A stretch of DNA of 50,674 bases, counting the filler, from Catajapyx aquilonaris (lineage: Eukaryota): the NCBI GenBank assembly GCA_000934665.2. It is 2 parts of 2 records of this genome, joined end to end, with 100 filler letters (N's around TTAATTAATTAA, not from the genome) between each part and the next. Parts side by side here need not be neighbours in the genome. Positions count along the whole stretch, not along the records: positions 1 to 25,287 come from JYFJ02005397.1; positions 25,388 to 50,674 come from KZ539345.1. One strand, given 5' to 3'. The notes beneath the pieces are model-generated. The model was given only the letters and a program-made list of their open reading frames with translations, was not told the DNA's origin and did not search any database. A program made the translations under genes and the position numbers. Shown one piece after another: positions 23,433 to 34,600 of the stretch. The number at the start of each line of letters is the position of its first letter. Within the stretch, counting starts at the first letter, position 1.

Positions 23433-24769
23433 ATGTTTGGACAAAACATTACCTTTGGCACGCCAGGAACATCATTCAGCTTTGGACAGACCGCGTCTGC
23501 CAACAAGGCTCCTACATCCATCTTTGGCTCACAGTCTTTTAGCAACCAAACACCGTCCTTGTTTAGCATTGCAGGCACAGCCCCGACGGTGCCACTGTTT
23601 GGATCCACAGCCACTGGATTTGGCCAGGCAAATGTCCCTCGATTTAGGTTTGGGCCTACTGTCACCACTTTCACGGCATCGCCCAACATGTCCCCACAGG
23701 TCAGAGTACTTCCCATTTCTCAAGATTGTCAGGCCTTGCATGTTAATCATTTTGTGGATGTCATTCACCAGGTGTCTGGAGGCAACCTGTTTGGAGCATC
23801 GACCTCCGCAATTGGGCGGCAGACCAAGACTGTGTTTAGACGAGCTGCCCCAGGCACCAGAGGTTTTGGGACTGGCGTAGGGAACACAAGTGGCTTCTTT
23901 GGTGCCCAAAATGCAACCCAGTCGGTGGTAGGCCAACAGCAAGTGCAATCCACAGCGTCCCTCTTTGGGCAGCCATCTGTGGTGACTTCCCCTGGGACGA
24001 CCATCCTCAATGCTTTTGCAGTCAAATTCAATCCACCCACTGGAACAGATACCATGGTGGAAAATGGGCGGTTGCACAATATCAGCACCCGGCATCAGTG
24101 CATCACATGCATGAAGGAGTATTACACCAAGAGCCTGGAGGAGCTGCGGATGGAGGATTACCGTGCCTACTGCAAGGGTCAGCAGGTCCCAGGGCAGGCG
24201 GCCACCATATTCACTCCTGGTGCTGCCCAGGCTGGAGGGGGTTTGTTCGGCATTGGGGCTGTCCCTGGCCCCACCCCAGCCACTGTCAGTACTTCAGGCT
24301 TGTTTGGGGCACCACAGAACAAGTCCATGTTTGGCACTGACCAGACTGGGTTCAGAACAGGCTTTTTCAACAAGGCGCAGAACACTGGCACTGCGCCTGA
24401 GGGATTCTTTGGCTACTGGTCACTCTCCCTGCAGAACTACGAGCTGGTCAAGCAGGTGGAGCTGCTTCAAGAAGAGCTCAAGCTGGTGTAAGGACACAGA
24501 GAGGGCAAAAGGTTACTCAGGTCACTGAACCAAGGTTGCCTTTTGACAGGTCAGGGAGGCAGGTGGAGTGCAAGAGGCAGAACGAGGGCCTGCATACCAG
24601 GCTGAGGGATGTGGAGGACAAGATGGGGAAGCTGCAGGTGATGGCCAACAAGAGGGACGAGGAGGTGAAGGAGGCCAGCAGTCAGGTACAGAAGGAGGGG
24701 GACGTCTCCTCCCTCAAGAACGGCCTAGAGAACACCAGGCAGGAGGCACAGAACTGCAGGGAGGAAATC
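23433..24769 (+). CDS. Chimeric gene: Nup98 N-terminal FG repeats plus GLEBS fused in frame to a GOLM-like coiled coil
   Basis: MFGQ start at 23433. Exons 23433-23699, 23772-24487 (TAA at 24489-24491 if unspliced) and 24550-24769. Canonical GLEBS VKFNPPTGTDTMV...ISTRHQCITCMKEYYTKSLEELRMEDY. From 24414 the sequence matches GOLM 12188 onward (YWSLSLQNYELVKQVELLQEELKLV). Confidence 0.8.
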
Positions 24770-25087
24770 GTAAGGCTTCCTGGTTTGTGCATGGTGGAAA
24801 TTCCTGAGGTTCGTGATCAGCTGGTGTGGTATTCCAGACCTCCGTTGTGTGCTTCTGAGAAATGCACGCTTCTGTTCAAGTCCTAAGATTGGAATTCATT
24901 CATTACTAAATCGCTCAAGATTTAGTGCAACTACAGGGCATTTTTTAATCACTCATTGTATCGTACGAGCCGGAGTGCTATTAATTTTTAGTTCCATATC
25001 ACCATTATTACAATTTGATATGTCGCGCGTGAAGTCACTAGGAGCGTCCTGTTTTGTTGACAACTGAAAATAACACCCTGGCTCCAT
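24413..25087 (+). repeat. Segmental duplication of GOLM-like gene 12187-13234 (exon 1 3' part, intron 1, exon 2, part of intron 2)
   Basis: Colinear match of exons and introns, ending at cctggctccat in both copies. This copy lacks the two MITEs present in the parent. Confidence 0.92.
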
Positions 25088-25287
25088 GCTTGCGGACGGC
25101 CGCCGAGCCCTCTGATTGGTCCGCCCCCGTATTGTCGCCGCCACCTCCTCCCATTGGCCCCCGTCCATTGTTGCTGCGTCGTATCCATGACGCATTGTTA
25201 CCACGACGCCTCCGATTGGCCCCCGTTCCGAGCATGCGCAATGGGTGGGAGAACGCCTCAGTCGCTTGCTGGACGTCAACGAGGACG
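25088..25287 (+). mobile_element. Fragment of the same Helitron-like repeat family as 2361-2901, cut by the gap
   Basis: ccgattggcccccgttccgagcatgcgcaatgggtgggagaacgcctcagt matches ~2456-2506 (ccgattggcctccgttcagcgcatgcgcaatgggtggtggaactcctcagt). Confidence 0.7.
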
Positions 25288-25387
25288 NNNNNNNNNNNNN
25301 NNNNNNNNNNNNNNNNNNNNNNNNNNNNNNNTTAATTAATTAANNNNNNNNNNNNNNNNNNNNNNNNNNNNNNNNNNNNNNNNNNNN
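25288..25387. other. Assembly gap containing an artificial TTAATTAATTAA six-frame stop linker
   Basis: 100-nt block of Ns with a central ttaattaattaa. Confidence 0.95.
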
Positions 25388-25559
25388 ACTCCTCAGCGTC
25401 AGTACTAGGTCCCTGCACACTCGTTTTTCAAGTAAGTATCACAACAGAGCTGTATTTCGCGCCGACCTAAACTCCCCAATTACCCAGTATTTTGTTGCGG
25501 TTGTATAACCCACAATAAGCGCCCAACTCCGCAATTAGTTAAAATTATCGGGCTAATTA

Positions 25560-27117
25560 ATGGACCCTGCCCTGGCCCCAAGTACCGAGAAGGTCAGAAA
25601 AAGTCCCACTGAAACACCACTTCGGACGTCCACCCCAACTGCCACCACTTCGTCGCGTAGTAAAGATCAGCCTCAAAAAAATCTAGTAACTGGTATAATT
25701 TATTTTTGCACTTAGTAATAGTTCTTTGTTGCTATTAATAATGGCTCTCTGCATCTTCATCAGAACCTTAGAAGATCGAATTAACCATATGGGCGATCGC
25801 ATTCAAAACCTAGGCTGGTGGCCTTTGGACTCTGAAGAGCGACGCAAGACCGAGGAGCGAAGGAAGCTGCTGGAGCATATTGAGGAGCTTAGGGTTCAAG
25901 TGAGAGCCAAGTGGAAAGCAGAGGACGAGAAGAATGCCAGAACTAAGAAGGCGGCTGAGAGGAAGCTGAGGGCCGATCAGAAGGACCTGCTGGACCCTAA
26001 GGTCAGGGACCACCTAAATTTGGATAACGTCCAGCTTCCGTCCTGGATTAAGTTGGATCACAGTGTGATTGTTGGAAAGCTGATGAGTGGCCTGAAGTTC
26101 ACCAGGATAAGTCCGACGATTAGGCGAAGACTGAAGGAAGTCATGCTGGGAGAATACTTCCAAGACCTCGTCCGGGGGTTCTTCTGGATGTACTACTTGA
26201 ATCGCGTCATACTGCGCAGGTCACGACAAGTCGTCACGTTGGAAAAGAGGATGCTCAGCTTCCTGGGAGAGAGATTCATGCGTTTCTCGCGGCAGATGAC
26301 GTTGCAGGTCAGCGTCATAAATATTATCGTTGAGAGTGTGGAATGTGTTGGTTGATGATGTGCGATTGTTGTGCAGGAAAGGGACGACCTGATGCTGCTT
26401 CTGTCCCAGTGCGTGTCCAAGGGTGTGTACATAAACTACACCCTTCTCTTTCCGCATAACCTGGGCATATTCGACATCAAATTCCGCAAGCACCTCCTGG
26501 ACATGGTCCAGACAGCCATGATGGGATTGGAGCCATCCGGGTTGGAGCACGAGCATTGGAACCTCCTGTCCTACCTGCCAAGGGAATGCCTGAAGGGAGT
26601 GGGCTTCCTGAGTGAGCATCCGAAGACCTTCAAACAGATGGAACAAAAGGTCCAGTCCGGACCGACTATTTCCATGGAGAGGGTCCCCGAGAAGGATCCC
26701 TGGGAGATGGACAAGTGGAAGAGCAGCGTCATGAAGTCCTCGGCAGGTCAGGACCCTCTGGAACGCGCCTACCTGTCGACCCATCTGGTGGTGAACCAGC
26801 CGGATCCCGGAAAAGTGACCCAGGAGGGCAAGGACCCAGTGTTCAGGATGGCCAGGATAAACGCCGGGGCCCCAACCCTTCTGCTGGACTGCCACATAAG
26901 GGACCTCGGGGTGTTCCTAGGGGTTTGGAAGAAGCATTCCTTGACTCACCCGATAGTGGAAAGGATGGAGGATGAGCCGGAAGACCTCGCGGACTTGGTG
27001 GTCAAGTGCGGAGAGCGGGTGAGGACGGTAGTGAAGGACCAGAAAGAGATGAAAGTTCTCGAGGCCAGCCTGGGCAAACGGCTGCGGAGGTGGAAGGCCG
27101 CCAGGACAGGCCAGTAA
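25560..27117 (+). CDS. FAM227-like protein (FWWh-domain-like)
   Basis: Exons ~25560-25692 (uncertain), ~25772-26307, 26377-27117. The pattern LVRGFFWMYYL...LSFLGERF...RDDLMLLLSQCVSKGVYINYTLLFP....FDIKFRKHLLDMV....GLEP resembles the FAM227 conserved domain. Confidence 0.6.
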
Positions 27118-27454
27118 AGGAGGAGACAGCATCTGCTGCGGCTTCGCTCCATGAATAAGAGGTGGAGAAGTTAGTCAAAAGAAATCAAAGCGACCGGAAG
27201 CTGCAGCAAGATCACGGTTTGGTTCGGACCAACTGAATCAAAAGGACGATGAATATTCAATGTGATTACGCAAGACTGAACATTTGAGCAAATAAAATAC
27301 AGAGCGGACTTTGGTTGTGAAAGATATAGTTTGTGTTCTTTCATTCAGGAGGTGCTGACAGCACGTGTGATGATACCGTATAGGCTTGTGCATTAATTAC
27401 AGTTAAACAGAGCGCTTAACAATCATGCTACCGTAATCTATGAACACGCGAGAA

Positions 27455-27708
27455 AGTCACGCTCATTCATTTTTACAGCTTTATGTACCGTCAATTGGGG
27501 TGAGATTGTGCCAGGTGGGGTGAGATTGTGCCAGGTGGGGTGAGATTGTGCCAGCGCATTTTTGGACAACGGTGCGCTCTACTGGCAGCAAGAAAATTTA
27601 GGCATGTTTCATTACATTGAGGGATGGTGAAGGTTGGCAATGACGAGCGGTAAATCTCACGCCAATTGATGGTACATAAAGCCGTAAAAAATGAATGAAA
27701 GTGTGACT
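27455..27708. mobile_element. Foldback/pogo-Tc1-like MITE with an internal 20-bp tandem repeat
   Basis: About 50-bp inverted arms (tcattcatttttacagctttatgtaccgtcaattggggtgagatt and its reverse complement at ~27652-27698). Three copies of ggggtgagattgtgccaggt. Confidence 0.75.
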
Positions 27709-30353
27709 GTAGTATAGGACAATTTTTCTCTTATTTGTACTGCAGATTCACTTACCGGCAGAGTGATTCTGGGCGGTAAAGCACACAAATTGGAATGTAA
27801 ACAATCATACGTATGCAGCACAACAATTATTCTGGCTTTGTGGCCAAGTTGATCCCCTCATTCTACAGGTGGAGCTTAGCACAACAAGCACGGACCTAGC
27901 CTATATGGAGCTCCAAACGCAGAGGAAGCAATGAATTTTAAACACCCTGATCCATAATTCATGATCGGGTTACGATAATTTCGGGGGGTAATAATTATTA
28001 TGCCTGGACAGATAGTCATGCCTCATTGGCCTCCCAATATGTTCCAGAGGGCATGAGATTGGAAAATTAATTTATGAAATTTTCATCCGAGGTGCTACGC
28101 AGCAACATGTGAATCTGGAAATTTGCCTGTTATGTCACTACAAAATGTTACAGTTCAATGCCACATTACTGCAAAAAGTGGTACAAATTCGCACAAATTT
28201 TTAAATATGTATATTCCCTTGCTATCATTGTCGGACAAGGCGAATCTGAAAGTACAAGGTGCACCAAAGGAAACAACATCGAGTCCATCCTCTCCTATAA
28301 TAATTATGTACAAAGATTTTTTCTGTATAATTTATACAGGAAGTATTTTTTTCTGGGAAGGGAGGAAGGGAGGTGGGAACGACTTTTTTTTGATGCTTCA
28401 TTGTAACAGTTAAAATACAGTACAGGACAGTATTATTATTATTATGGAACAAACGGGAATTGACTGGCAGGATTGTTGAGAAATATTTAATTTTTTATTT
28501 ATAAAAGAAGGATTTTTTTGTGGTATCGGGGGGAGAAAAAAGTCTGCTGCAATGAGGAGGGGGGAAGGGAAGGGAGGAGTTGCAAGCACGTGACATATCC
28601 ACCTGCATCCAATCTTCATTTTGCGAAATTTCATTATTGCCAAATACACAAACGGCGATGACGTCACGTGCAAACGACCTCTCCCTCTTTACAAATCGGT
28701 CCGGACGGGAAGAGTTAAACATTATTATTACTATTATTTTGCAAAAAAATCCGGTGTCCATTTGTTATTGCTTGAAGAAGACGGCGAGCGAGGGGACAAG
28801 CCGGCATATTTTTTGCATAATTTTACAGCATCACAATGTGAATTGCAAAAAAGTGGAAATTGGCATAAAGAGTTTGCATTTCTTTGCGAACAAGAGTTTG
28901 CATCAGTGGGGAGGCGCAGGGGAAGGCTGGAGGGGGGGGGGNACAAAAGCAATTTTTTTATAAATTTTAATTTTCATATTTTTCGGTATTTGTTTCGAGA
29001 GAAAAAAAAGGACTACGTGGAAGATCATGTGTGCTCCCCACTACAATGTATACAAGGTGCGGTTGCAGTCTGCGCAAGATATTCGCGACGGATTTTTTTT
29101 ATTCCTGCGTGGATTGTAACACAGCAATGCTCCACTTGTAACGGGATTTTTTTTTGTTTTGTTTGCGGTGCACTGGTTACAAGCAGTACAATGCTGCAAG
29201 GTTCTGAATAACAACAACAAAAAAGTAATAACAAAAAAAATTCAACTGTGGGTGTGCTAAGGCACGGTAAATTAAGATATTCAGAATAGTAAAACTCGAG
29301 GAGACGCAATGTGACGTCGTGACTCTGATAACAGCACATACCAGAGACGATTGAAACCAGTGCGCGAATAAAAGAGCGCTAAAAGAAGTCACACCAGGAA
29401 CATTCGTGACATGAACTTGTAAACTCCAGCTGCCTGTCCAAAATTTCATGCTGCCAATTTTTTTTTGCACTAACCTAATTTCTAACATGTTATGAGCTGC
29501 CAAAAATATCAAGAAATCGAATCAGTCAGGCGACAATTTTGCGAGTGAGAAAAACTTTCAAGTATTTCCAAGGTTTTCACTCACACAATGTGCTCAGTAC
29601 TCAAACGATCAATTTGAAATTAATATTGGTACAATAAATCATCAATGATCAATCAACTGGGATACAGCTAGGAACCGCTTAGCAACAATGTTCCTGGCGA
29701 AAAACCGCGGAATTTTCAAAACATTACAACAATTTATTATTTATAATATTTTTTGAAATATTGATTTTTTTTTGTTAACACCAAATGAAATGGTGTGAAG
29801 ATGCACCTCAGCAGACAGTGTTTTTTTCTTATCCAGAGAGAGTTAGACTACAATCAAACCCGTAAGTCGCAGTCATTGTCGCGGCGGTTGGTCTCCGAAT
29901 ATTTGGGAGCGAACAAACGGGCTACAACCGTTCCTAGCTGTTCCATTCCGCGCCCAATTCGTGCCCGTTTGTTCGTGCCCAACTTATATACGATGGAGGG
30001 CGTCTCAAACTCGATTTAAATACGGTACTGGTACAATACAAGGACATTATATTCACAAAATTGGTCATTTTTCCTGCTTAACCGCCTGCTTTTTTTTAAA
30101 ATTGTTTCTTTTTTAAATAACTCCCGTTCACAGCCTGTAAGAGATTCTGAATTCTACATTTTTTTCTTTAAATATTCACAACTAGTACCCTACTTAGAAG
30201 GAGAATAAATCTGCGCAAAAAATGGCCATGTATTCTTTTTCCCTTCAATGATGACGAATGGACCTCACTCTTCTCATTACTTTCTTTTCAAAAAAAAAGA
30301 AAAACTAGCAAAGTGCGCTTATGTTATTAGAGATGCTGCCTATAAAACTGGTG

Positions 30354-30384
<31 letters not shown>

Positions 30385-31634
30385 TTATTACAAAAGAATG
30401 GTTTGAAACTTTTGTTTCCGACAAATGGAGGGGGTCGGAAGGATAAGTGGGAATTTTTTTAAAATTACATTATTATTATTACCGTACTTATTACTTACTG
30501 GAGGGGAGGAGGTAACAGGGGGATGGACTAAAAAGCTTATAGGAAAATTCTAGAAAATATTTTGATTCCCAGGAAGAAGTCTCGGAAAAAAAATGTGAAC
30601 GAATAATAAAAAATAAAAAACATTTGAACCCAACTCGTAAAAAAGTGTTTAAGAGAGAGAGAAATCTCGGATATCTCGTTTTGGAAAAAGGCACTTGGAC
30701 CGTCATTTTCTATTGTTGATTATTATTGTTAGGAAAAAGGGGGGATAGGTTTAGGCAACTAATTTATTGTGGGTGCCTTTTCATGGCGTCATTTTTTTTG
30801 TGCAAATTTCGGAAAAAAATTTGGTCCCTACTACAGGCTTACCTCTTTTTTTTTTAAATATACCTGTAATATGTTAGTATTGTTATTATTTTTCTGACCC
30901 AATAATTGCAACATCAGGGAGAGAGGAAGGCAACTTTCGTGAAGGTTTTGATTCTAGTCAAGAGTCCCCCGCCCCAGAGGGGACAGAATATTAATAAATA
31001 AGTATATAGCAAATAAATTAACAATACAAGTAATATTACGAGGGGAGGACTCTAAAAACCTCATCAATTATTGTGACAGCAACAGAGATATGTGAGAAAA
31101 GTACACTGTAAGATCTACAGTGTTGTAACATGTTACAATTCTTGTTTGTTATGAATAAAAGACAGTGCAACCAATTGCGTTAACCTGCAACATGTTACAT
31201 TTTTTTTTTGCATAAAATCACTTAATCCGAGCTCTGAAAGATATGTGGAGAGAACATGAGATATGTCGACTAACTTATTGAGCATGAAAACACAGGATAT
31301 TTTTTTTTCGCTGGGCATATAACTCAGCTCGTTGGGAAAAAAGTAGTTATACCTATGTTTGTATACCAAAAAAAAGAGCAATGAGAGGTAACAATGCGAG
31401 GGGTCACTTTTGAGGAGGGCAAGGGGGGGGAAGTTCAAGGTCAACCAGTGGAGTAGTAATAACATTGACTTGAAGAGGAATATGGTCCACGAGCAGACTA
31501 GAGCGCTCTAAGAGTTCCTAGTAGAGAGGCACTTTTTTGTGGTGGNNNNNNNNNNGGGGGAGGTCAAACAAAGTGGTCAGGAGAAAGAGAGCTAGTTTTT
31601 TTTGTTGGTCACCTCTGTCCGATTAATGGTCGAC

Positions 31635-34600
31635 CTATACGTCCCCTTCCATTGGCGACGGTTGAGATTGCGGTTGATGATGCTGTTGTGGTTGCTGTTG
31701 CTGAGCCATTATGGTCAGCACTGCCATCACCTGCTCCAGCTTCTTGTCCACTGTGGACAACTATGTACACAGGAGCGTTACTATCTGAGGATTAATTAGC
31801 AAATTTTGGGAGGGCAATACCTGTTGCTCCAACCGGTATAACCTGGCACCGATGGTCATCGGCTTGAGGTTCCCGGTCTTATCAATCCCAGCGTAGTAAG
31901 AGCCAGGCTTTCCCAGTGTCTGGTCCAGCCTCCTCTGCAGCTCCTTGATCCGGACCATCATGTTGAGATGCCCCTGGCTGTACTGCTCTATCACGTCTCG
32001 CACGTCGTAGGGCTTGCGCGCCTGCTGGAACTTGCGTCTGGCCACGAAGTACTTGATCTTCCTTATCGCCCTGATCGCGTTCTTGTGAGCATCCGTCAAC
32101 CTGAAAAAATGGCTGCAAGGTCTGTAATATAGTATTTCGGAAGTGGCACATGTTACATACATTGCATTGTTACACCAAACAGAAAGAACCATGAAAATAT
32201 CAAGACACCATACGGAACACAAGCAGAGCTCAAATTATTCACAGCTCAATGACCTTCAGATGTCCAGTGACCTTGATTACTCCCAGTTAAGGGCCAGTGA
32301 CCTTGAAACTTTCTTGTCTTTATTCCAAAAAGAGACACTTACGAGGTGACCCTTTGGGGTTCATCCATGTCGATGTCGATGTCGTCGGACGTGGCTTCGG
32401 TGACGCTGGACGTCTGCGAGGTGAAGAGAGAGCCGCCTCTGCCGTCGCGACGCCCTCGGCTCGGGGTGCCCGCAGACGGAAGGCAGAACAGCTCCACCGA
32501 CGCCGCCTGCTGACGTCTCGACGACAGCGACGCTATTGGAAAAAAAGAAACCACATACCGCCGGGCTGCCATGACAACGAAATTTCGGGTGGGCAACACA
32601 CACACACACAAAACGGCGTCGATCACGACATTCACGAGGTTGCAAAATGGTGATCAGGCTCCAAAAATAGCATTCGCACTAAATAATTGCTTCCCCAAAA
32701 TGAGACTGATCGTATCTCTCACTGTCAGAGTAAATACTCAACTCACTACTACTTGTTAGTATAGGCGCCTTACGTCGAGCTATATACCATTGCGGGTCTC
32801 CCTCCGGGTTATAATATTGACTCCTTGAAATTAATATTTGTTGTCATCATCGGTATGCTACTGCACAGAAAAGTGAAAAAAGTGATATTCTTTTAAAGAA
32901 TCAGCAATGATTGTAAAATGTCAGCCATTTGCAAATACGGCATAAATGACAAATAATTTCCTGCCTGTTCGCAACTAACCCGGTTGTAATGAATGTTTCC
33001 CTTTATTAAAATATGATAATGACAAAATTTATCATCTGCACGACTACTATACAGCAGTTGAATAGCATTTGTCAAAAATTCAAATGAACTGTTGTGCCAC
33101 GATAGCGTCAGCTATGATTGGACTAGAATCTGCATCACTGCCATTCAGATTCTCCGTATAACAAGGTCACATCACGGGTTAATATTTTGGAAAAGGGGCT
33201 TGCTTATTGGATAGGCAGAGAGAGAGAGAGAAAAGGGTTTGGCAATCTCTCCAATAACGCTTTAAAAACGAGAGATGAAGGCGATTGGGCCACTCCGAAT
33301 GAGAGCCTCCCGGGAATGCACAGCTCATTTGGGTTGGAAAGCAAAGGAAATGGGGTTGAATCCCACTGATTCTATAATGTCATTTTGTCAGGAAAGTAGG
33401 TTACTTTCCGGCGCCTGCTAATGGCTCCCCAAGCTACTGGTCAGGAATACATTTTCAACGGATTTTGCCAACCGCAAGTGCTGCCTCTCGTGGGGCCAGA
33501 TTGTGGCCTGGCTCTCAGTCTAAACACTAATCCTTTTCAATCGTTCTCAACTCGCAATTCTGAAAGTACCAAAAGTGAATCAATTTTCGACAGGATCTAC
33601 AAATCTATCTCATTTTAAAAGGCTTTAATAACCGTTGTGTTACTCAGAGTTCAGTAAATCCCAACCATACGTATTTTCCGGATGGGAAAATGATTGTGTA
33701 GATATACTGCACTGTCGATTAATATTTTCATCTTGATCCCCCCCCAGTAAGTGGGGTCAGTTTCCATTCAGTGCTACTAATTATGTGCGTTTCAAAGATT
33801 AAGTAAACTACTGGAGTTAATAGCTAAAGACGTGTAAACTATCTAAAAAAATTTGAGTGAAATTTCCGTTAAGATTTGAGTTGTCAAAAACATACTCAAC
33901 ACATTATCGCAGAATTTTTCCTGTTTGAGTACTGTAACTACGTACATTAGGGTCAAAGTGTTTCTCCAAAGTATTGGCGCAAATCTATATTGGACGGCTT
34001 CAGTTGGACCAAAATTAGCACGGTGTATAAACTGGTGCCGGTCTTAAGATAACTCGTAATGAGCAAGAAGCGTTGACGTCAGTCTCGTAAAACTCGGCCG
34101 TCAAAGTTCCTTTTGTGTCTGTCTTTAAACCGACGCAGCACCACCAGATGTTTGTGTTTAAGTGAGAGGGTGGGATGGGAAGGGGCACGGGGAAAGAACT
34201 TCGAACCCTGTGCAGGGTTATGCTAACTACGCTAATGTGCACTTGATGCGAAAATGGGTTCCAAAACCCCCATGCGAGGGACGTCACGAGGCGAATTCTT
34301 CCTCTCACGTCATCAGGAATGACACACACTGGCTTAGGGAAAAACCCACGTCAGCTCAGCTTCACATGCAACATTTTGATGGGGAAAGAAAAAGTTCGTT
34401 TTAAATTTTTCTAGCGCTAGTCACTTCCATAAACCGAAGTAATATGTGATAGAAACAGCCACATTATGTAGATATTGATGAAACAAAAAGTTTCTTCTAG
34501 TTTTCATTTTAGCCGTGTAGTCCTCAGTCGATATATTGACAGCACTTTTTGTGTAATCAAATCGCCACAATCGTATCAAAACGTGATTACACGTGTTTGT

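Noticed and set aside
25332..25343. Palindromic TTAATTAATTAA inside the N-run
   Set aside because: It is an artificial six-frame stop linker used to join contigs, not biology.
27497..27554. Three 20-bp direct repeats as a possible CRISPR-like array
   Set aside because: The repeats are contiguous with no spacers, lie inside a MITE, and the context is eukaryotic.
29664..29941. 12-bp inverted repeat acagctaggaac / gttcctagctgt
   Set aside because: Too short and without a clear TSD. At most a decayed MITE.
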